A stretch of DNA of 64,000 bases from Azolla caroliniana. Its lineage: Eukaryota; Plantae; Polypodiophyta. This document shows, one piece after another, positions 56,982 through 64,000 of this stretch. The notes under the pieces were generated by a model. It was not told the DNA's origin. It searched no databases and saw only the letters and a list, made by a program, of their open reading frames with translations. Location: assembly GCA_043228905.1 (NCBI GenBank), contig JBHGNT010000001.1, forward strand, positions 29,450,001-29,514,000, read 5' to 3'. Both the position numbers and the translations under genes were made by a program. How positions within the stretch are numbered: the first letter of the stretch is position 1; every line of letters begins with the position of its first letter.

Positions 56982-59900
56982 CTACAAAATGATCTCCTCT
57001 TGCACATTCAAATTGAGTGTCTTATGAGGAAGCACCACACAATTTGTCACCACAACTTCGTCCTCTACAGACACATCTTCCCCTGTATCAATCAAATAAT
57101 CTCTATGACTTTAACCTAGGGATAAAAAGTAAGTATAATATATCGACACACATAATGGAAATTACCAAGAATTGTAACCCCGAGTTTGGCTGAGTAATTA
57201 CCACCTCCCTGCAAAGCACACCAAATGAAAATTCAATATAAAATTTCCGAATGTTTCTGAAGAATTTCCAGATTTTGCATTAGGACATTATTTATTTCCT
57301 TGTTTCCTTAGTTATTTGCGGGGGTTTGGAGGCGTTATACAACACTACAATTGTTTTCAGAAACCTCGTTTTATGAGGCATTACAAAAAGCTTATTTTCC
57401 ATACATTCCGCAAAAAGATGGAAATATGTGTGCATTTCGGCCTTTATTAACATATTCGATCAATCATCACATTGTTTTATGCTTGTAATGTCTTCTTGTA
57501 TTTTAAATCCTATCACGAGATTAGCAACTAAAAACACTAATAAGATTGTTTTTACCTGAACCCTTGCCCACTTTCCAATTGATGACTTCCATCCAATTAT
57601 TGAATGGAGAACTATGGCGTTCTCCTGAAGAAAAATAAAATGAAGCAAATATTTTAGGTCCATGTACTGTTTAGGTCTACGCAGATTTTCCGAAAGTTAA
57701 CAAATCATAACACCTTCACTTCCACATCATCAAGAATGATGCATCCGATCAATCGCACTCCGGGTCCAATGCGAGCATTTGCTGAGACTGAGACATTTGG
57801 GCCAAGCTGCATTAGAAAATTTTCTTATAGTTTAGGTAAAATACTCATATAATTTTCTTTTTCATCAAAGGGATCATATTTTCTGTTGTAATGTCTTGCT
57901 AGAGTCCCACATGCCACTTTTTAGTCTTTTAGAGATGTTACAATATTTTGTTTCTTTTTATTTTTTGTATTTGAGCTGTATGACTGTGATGTAAGCCATC
58001 TTACTTATTTATCCATGCATGAGGTACGAGGGTTCAAATATCACTAATTCCTTTAATTTTACTAGATATTTGTCCCTCAGCTCATCTGGTAATAAAACAT
58101 GTTAAGATATACATAGATACCATGTTCAAGTTTTTCATACAGATACCATGTTGAACTTTCAGGTATGTTTCTAACTTTCAATTGGTTCTTTCCTACAGTT
58201 GCTGCATTTAATCTAAAATGTTTCAGATTATAGGGCATGTAGAGTCTCTCTAGATGGCACAGTATCATGGCCTTTTAACAATATCATTGATCTTGTTGAA
58301 TATGAATTTATTCATTCATCATCCCTAATAGTTCTATGCAAAAAAATGCACATTTCTTAATGTTTATACATAAAGTAGTGTATTATCCATAAAAACATAT
58401 TTTTTATATGTTTATGCATGATACAAAAATGCCTTTTTTTATGTTTGTACGTAATCATTCACTATCTCTACTAGTTTTATGCAAAAATAAATGCATATAT
58501 TATTTTTACTAAACCAGGAGAAGACTTGATGATCAATAGAAGACCTTGGCAGTTGGATGGATTTTTGCTGAAGGATGAACAAAAACATCCCCAACAAATG
58601 TTGGGCTTCGGATGCCATCCCCCTTTGCCAGAAGATCAGATGCCGTTTGACGGTATTGTGACAGATACAATCCTGAACACCTTAATGACATTCTGAAAAC
58701 CAAAATGTACAAATAAAAAATAAGAATTAACTATATCAATCCACATAATTAATAAGAGGGACAAAACATCCAAAACCCATATCCCAAACCTTTTGCAGAT
58801 ATACCAGAACACTCCTAAGATCTCAAAACAATTACCAGGATACCCCTTGGAGTGGTAACCGTAATAGATTTTTGTATTAAAACGGAATGTTCTCATAAAA
58901 ATATCTGGCGCGCTATAAATTATTTTGCTCTCTCTAGTAGTGGGAAAATCTACCAAAGCAAATGCAGTTAATGAGGAACTATATGAAATCCATTATAATT
59001 TTGTCCTATGGTTGTAGGCCCTAACAATGATTATTTGTTTTTGTCAATAAATACCATTCTGTTCCATTTGTAAATTTACACATAATCTTACCCAGGTGTT
59101 TTGATTTGCTCCCAAAAGTCTGTTGTCTCAAATGTATACAACATTTTCTTTCCTGCCAATGGAGTAAGAATGTCTTGATCTAAACGCACAAAATCGGTTT
59201 GTGTTGACCTGCATTTCAGAATACAATGCTGTAAAAGTCCACAATGTCCACATATGGTCAATGGGCTCTAAAAGACAAATTCTATCATGTGCATATATAT
59301 TTATTAGCCTTCTGATGTAAAGAAATGACTTAGATCCATTGACATAAATAACCTGTTGAACAAAATATTCAATTGTTTTCACAATTATATTGTCCATATG
59401 ATGGCATGGGACTGATAAATACCCAAAGTAACCCAAAAGTCTTAAAACAATGACAATACCCCAAAAGTTTTGGATACATACAAGAATATCACTGAAGTTT
59501 TCCAATTTTTTCACAACTGGGATATTGTGTACTTCAAAGAGGGTATGGTGTATGTATGCGAGTAACTTTCGCGCGCTTACGAGTAGTCTTGTAAATATCC
59601 AAAAGGTCTCTGATATTTGAAAACTCTTTATTATTGTAGAGCATAAACAAAAAATGTCAAACATTGCATGGTTTTTTCTCCATTGAATTCAACATCTCCT
59701 CCAAATAGAATGTGTATGATGCTGACTAAGAGAAATCAGAATGATTATGAAGAATCGTCCGAAAATTCAATACTCACTTTGTTGTTAATTGAAGTGCTTC
59801 AAAACTCGAGACTCGTCGAAGAGTTGCTGAAAGGAATAAACGCAAATATAAAACCAACATTCAAACTAAAGTTATGAATCAATACAACTGTTTTGGATAA

Positions 59901-60864
59901 CATAAATAGATTTGAATTATTAGTTTGGAGAGCTCTTAAAAATATGACAGATGGCATGCATACCATGGTCTTGTAGATGTGTTGTCACAGATTGAATTGC
60001 CAAGAAAATTTGAGGAGTGAATATGTAGACCCCACAATTAATCCATTCACTGACCTAAACGAAGTAGAGATATATACGTCATCATCAACACTTAAGGAAA
60101 ACCTGAAAACAGAAGTTAAGTGAATACAAATCTAAATAGATCACAGATACTTACAAATGTCTCTGGTTTCTCTGCATAGTGCAATAGCTCTCCTGTTTCG
60201 GCATCTGCCACAAGCTCCCCAAACTCACTTGCTATTTCTGCTGATACCTAATCCATGTGACAGAAAAAAAAATAGTGACTAGATTTCCCACGATTGGTTT
60301 CATCATCATACACTAAAAACTAAATGTTGATGATGTATGCTTCAGCTGATCATTGTTTCTACCTTCTTCACCAATAAAGTACCAATCCCCTTGTATTTTG
60401 TGTGTGCAGCTGTATGTATCAAAGCTTCTTTTTATTAACGTAATTGACGTAATAATGAATCAAAAGTATTTCAAAAATTGACCTCCCATTCATGAGCCAA
60501 AATGACTACAAGTACTTACCCAGCATGCTGGTCAGGGGGAAACTGCAGCATACATCGCAGTTCATGACGAAAATGTTATCCTAGACACAAAAAGAAAAGG
60601 AGGTGAAACAAACAGGTAAGACAACTATGACTATATCCAAAATTGAGTGGTTTTCTTATTATATTCCTCCGAAAAGGTCACAAGTCATAAGGTCAACAAT
60701 AAAATTAGAACAGAAAGAGAAAGGGCAAAATGGCACTATTATTTTCAAGAGGCAATAACCAACGAATTGCATTTGATCAACTTACAGGATTCTCCTCAGT
60801 AAGTATATCCCTGAAAGCATACAAGCCACCAGCAGAACCATGTGGCCTCTCCTCCCGTAAATAT
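56982..60864 (-). CDS. Mannose-1-phosphate guanylyltransferase alpha-type / KONJAC-like (GMPPA), 3' part; first exons lie beyond the window; absent from the ORF track
   Basis: Twelve short GT-AG exons: 60864-60786 YLREERPHGSAGGLY, 60580-60520 NIFVMNCDVCCSFPL, 60409-60363, 60247-60155 FGELVAD..LLHYAEKPETF, about 60054-59964 INCGVYIFTP, about 59826-59778 RRVSSFEALQ, about 59208-59092 FVRLDQDILTPLAGKK..FWEQIKTPG, about 58692-58545, about 57806-57714 GPNVSVSANARIGPGVRL, about 57624-57556 IGWKSSIGKWARVQ, about 57208-57165 KLGVTILG, and about 57082-56982 VVLPHKTLNLNVQEEIIL, stop. Confidence 0.93.
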
Positions 60865-61002
60865 CTTCAAACAATCAATACATCCATCAATTCCAATTGT
60901 TATGAATGTTAACTTGCAGAAATAACAGAGAAAGCAGAATATCACAACCAAATACAAGCAAATTAGAGAAGAAGCATATATTTATAAAATAGAGCACTGA
61001 AG

Positions 61003-61216
61003 TGTTATTTTTACAGCAGGGTTATTGCACTTGAGTGAGTAGATACACATACAACTCAGGAAGTGAAGTGGGTGATTAACCCCAGAATAAATTGTAACAT
61101 TCCCTTTATACAATAGATTATTGGCCTCAACAGCTAATACATCTACCATATTAACCACACCTCCTTTTCCGTTGACCACACATGTGAGAGTTGTCGGTGC
61201 TTGTTCATACCTAACA
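61003..61216 (-). repeat. 3' LTR of the copia element (214 bp)
   Basis: Begins TGTTAG directly after the polypurine tract and ends ATAACA, giving TGTTA..TAACA inverted termini. Internal TATAAA. Plus-strand flank TGAAG (60998-61002) is the predicted 5-bp target-site duplication. Confidence 0.85.
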
Positions 61217-64000
61217 CTCCCCCTCAAACATTTTACTCACAACAACTGAATCATCTGATTCAATTTTGAATTTACTTCATCTTATATATATTGAACTCCC
61301 ACATCATCCAATCGTCGGACTCCTGCATCATTTGATTGATCGAACTCCCACAATCAGTCCAATCTCTGGAGTCCCCCATCATTCAATTGCTCGAACTCCC
61401 ACATCATCCAATTTGGTTTCTTTTCCATTTGACTAGTATTCTCTCACCTGAATGATCTGTAACAGCTTCTTAATCCACTTAGGTTGCAAGGCCCTTGTAA
61501 ATAGATCCGCACAATTGTCCTGTTGGACACTTCGCCTTCTCATCCAAAATGAGTTCCTGTATGAAGTGGTATTGGATCTCAATATGCTTGGTCTGCCCAT
61601 GAAACACTGGATTCTTCGTTGTTGCAATGTATATCTAGCTAGCACATCTCGTCTCCCCCTCAATCAACACCCCAATTTCATTTCCCAGACAAACTGCTTC
61701 ACGTCTCACAGCTCACCACTGTGTACTCTGCTTCTGCTGAGGACAGTGAGAAGTTCAGTTTGTTCTTTCTGGACCAAGAAAATATTCTGGATCCAAAAGG
61801 TGAAAGAATTGGAAGTCAACCTCGTGTCCCCCAGATCCCTGGCATAATCAGAATCAAAGCATCCAAATAATTTTCTCCCCCTGCCAACATTGATATCATG
61901 TCTGACCATACCCTTCAAGTACCTAAGAGTACACATCCCAGATTGCCAATAGCTCTGCTCTGGATCTGTGAACTTTTCCAGGACTCCCAATATGTAGGCT
62001 AATTCTAGCCTTGTGTTGCACAGATATAGGATACTTCCAATTAGAGTCAGATATTTGTTTGCTCTATCCAAAATTCCACTCCCAGTTTTCAAATCGTTTC
62101 AGGTTGACCTCCATTACTGTATAAGTCAACTTGCAATCCTCTGCTATGAGAATTAAAAATGCATACTTGGTCGTGTCCATAAATATTTCCCTGGCCCTTT
62201 GATGCACCTTTATTCTTGAACAGAAGTGCAATAGTTGCAGATTGTCAACTTCCTCTATTGCTTCATCCAATTTACATCAACTTCACCTTGCCCAGGTTTG
62301 AGTTTGAACTGAAACCTCATGTATGGTTTTAATCCACATTAGATCAACTTCACCTTGCCCATGAGAACAGGATCGTCCACATACAGCACAAGGATCACTC
62401 TTCGCTCATCTTATATTTTGATTTAGAGTGTCACAATTTCTGAACATCTAAACCTTCCCACTGTGAGATATCGGTCAATCTGCTCATACAAGACCCTTGG
62501 TGTTTGGTTCAGCCCATACAGAGCTTTCCACAACGTCAAGACCTTGTTTTCAAAATCGGGTAGAATTGAATCTGCTAGCTGTGAGGAATCCATCAATCCG
62601 CTCATACCAGGCCCTTGGTGGTTGCGTCAGCCACTACAGAGCTTCTGCAGCCTCAAGTCCTTGTTTTCTCAATTGGGTAGCTCAAAACCTGGCTACATTA
62701 TGAATACCTCATTAGATAGCCATTCGGAAAAGTGGACTTGATTTTCATTTGGTAAACTGGCCAGTTCTGAGCCACGGGCGCTGCCAAGACTAATCGGATA
62801 GTTCCTAGCAAACCAAAAGGTTCCTTAAAATCTGCTCTCTTCCTCTGCACATACCCTTTGCTACAAGCCTGACCTTGTATTTACAAACAGATCCATTAGC
62901 CTTGTACTTAGTTTTGAAGATCCATTTAGTTTTGATAACTTAGATTTGAAAACACATTTTGTTTTGATAACTTTTTTCTCTGGTCGATCCACTACATCCC
63001 AAATCTAGTTCTCCAAAATACAATCCAGCTTGAACGCCATAGCCTGCTCTCCACCTAGGATCCTCCATTACCTCCTTCACAAAGCTCAATTCCTTGACGT
63101 CTTCAAGGGTCACACTTCCTAACCACTTCAGCTAATCTGGCCAAGTCATGTACCAGGCCATCTGGTTACATCTTCTGCAATATCAGGAAACTCGAGCAAC
63201 CATAGCTTCACATCTGCTATGCATGCCATAGCACTTGTCCAAGATCAATGCAATCAGCTCAAACAGATTGAGTCTTTGCTCGGTGGATCCAACTACCTAC
63301 AAATTTTCACACCTAACTTGCAAAAGGTTATCTCCAAACCAACATGTCCTAGCCTTGACACTGATGGAAGATTCCAATAAATTTGTAGAACCCAAAATAC
63401 ATTCTCCTAGAAATTCATTCCAGCACCTCAAGCCCACACAGATACTGATCTGCTTCCCTCAGCCAGACATCTCTGATTGTTTCCCACCATGGTATACGCA
63501 TCTTCGATGTCTCTTACGTTTCAGAACCATTTCCTTGGACTCAAAGGAGCCATGTCTTCCAATGTATCCATAGCTGAGTACACTTCTATGAGGAAAGCGA
63601 TCAACACTATCTGTGTCTTCCACTAACCACAGCTCTACTCTCTCGTTTTCAGCTTAATGCACAGAAGCCGTCATAGCTGATGTGAACCGAAGGCGTTAAC
63701 CTGCTGGCATGACTTTCCAGTCTCAAGCCAAATGTCCCATTTTACTATGGTAGCGGCATCTTCCATTTGAAGAATCTTGTGGCCGGATTTCCACCTTTTC
63801 TCTGTCCAATCTAGCAGAGAATGCAGTATCTCTATTTGACTGTTGAATCACCCACCATCTGCAGCTTTTCCTCTTGAAATAACACCAAAAACTCCTCAAA
63901 CAAAAGCAGGGGATTTCTTACCTAAGTGATCAACATTATGACCAGGCCATCATACCTCAAAGGTGGAGAGCAGAAATAATTTTGCTCTAACTTAATACCT
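61003..64000 (-). mobile_element. Decayed Ty1-copia LTR retrotransposon inside a GMPPA/KONJAC intron (5' end outside the window)
   Basis: Minus strand shows a degenerate gag zinc knuckle (about 63720-63765), RT motifs KALYGLNQTPR and VLYVDD (about 62375-62395), RNase H-region motifs DSDYA, TKHIEIQYHF and ADLFTRAL, polypurine tract TTGAGGGGGAG (61227-61217) and a 3' LTR. Many stops and frameshifts. Confidence 0.92.

Noticed and set aside
54946-57100. Overlap or interleaving of ClpR3 and GMPPA coding exons
   Set aside because: ClpR3 stops at 55661 and GMPPA at 56982, so they are simply convergent. That both are non-catalytic-type subunits looks coincidental.

Overview
Eukaryotic, intron-rich land-plant nuclear DNA (AT-rich; a seed-free plant such as a fern is an inference only). 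I can support eight spliced protein-coding genes: UBP12/13-like deubiquitinase (-, runs off the left edge), DPH5 diphthine methyltransferase (+), Costars/ABRACL (+), an alpha-amylase with a long N-terminal coiled coil (-), organellar RecA (+), CABIN1 (+), plastid ClpR3 (+) and a KONJAC/GMPPA-like GDP-mannose pyrophosphorylase (-, 5' exons beyond the right edge). A decayed Ty1-copia element sits in an intron of the last gene. Not visible in the ORF track: two box C/D snoRNAs at about 34.3-34.6 kb behind a telo-box promoter, one clear and one probable hAT-type MITE, a perfect 27-bp hairpin between two convergent genes, several short tandem duplications, a G-box-rich repeat upstream of ClpR3, and a decayed 23-27 kb interval with LINE-like and, speculatively, dynein-like remnants. 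Exon coordinates were read by eye, and family assignments come from remembered motifs, not database searches.
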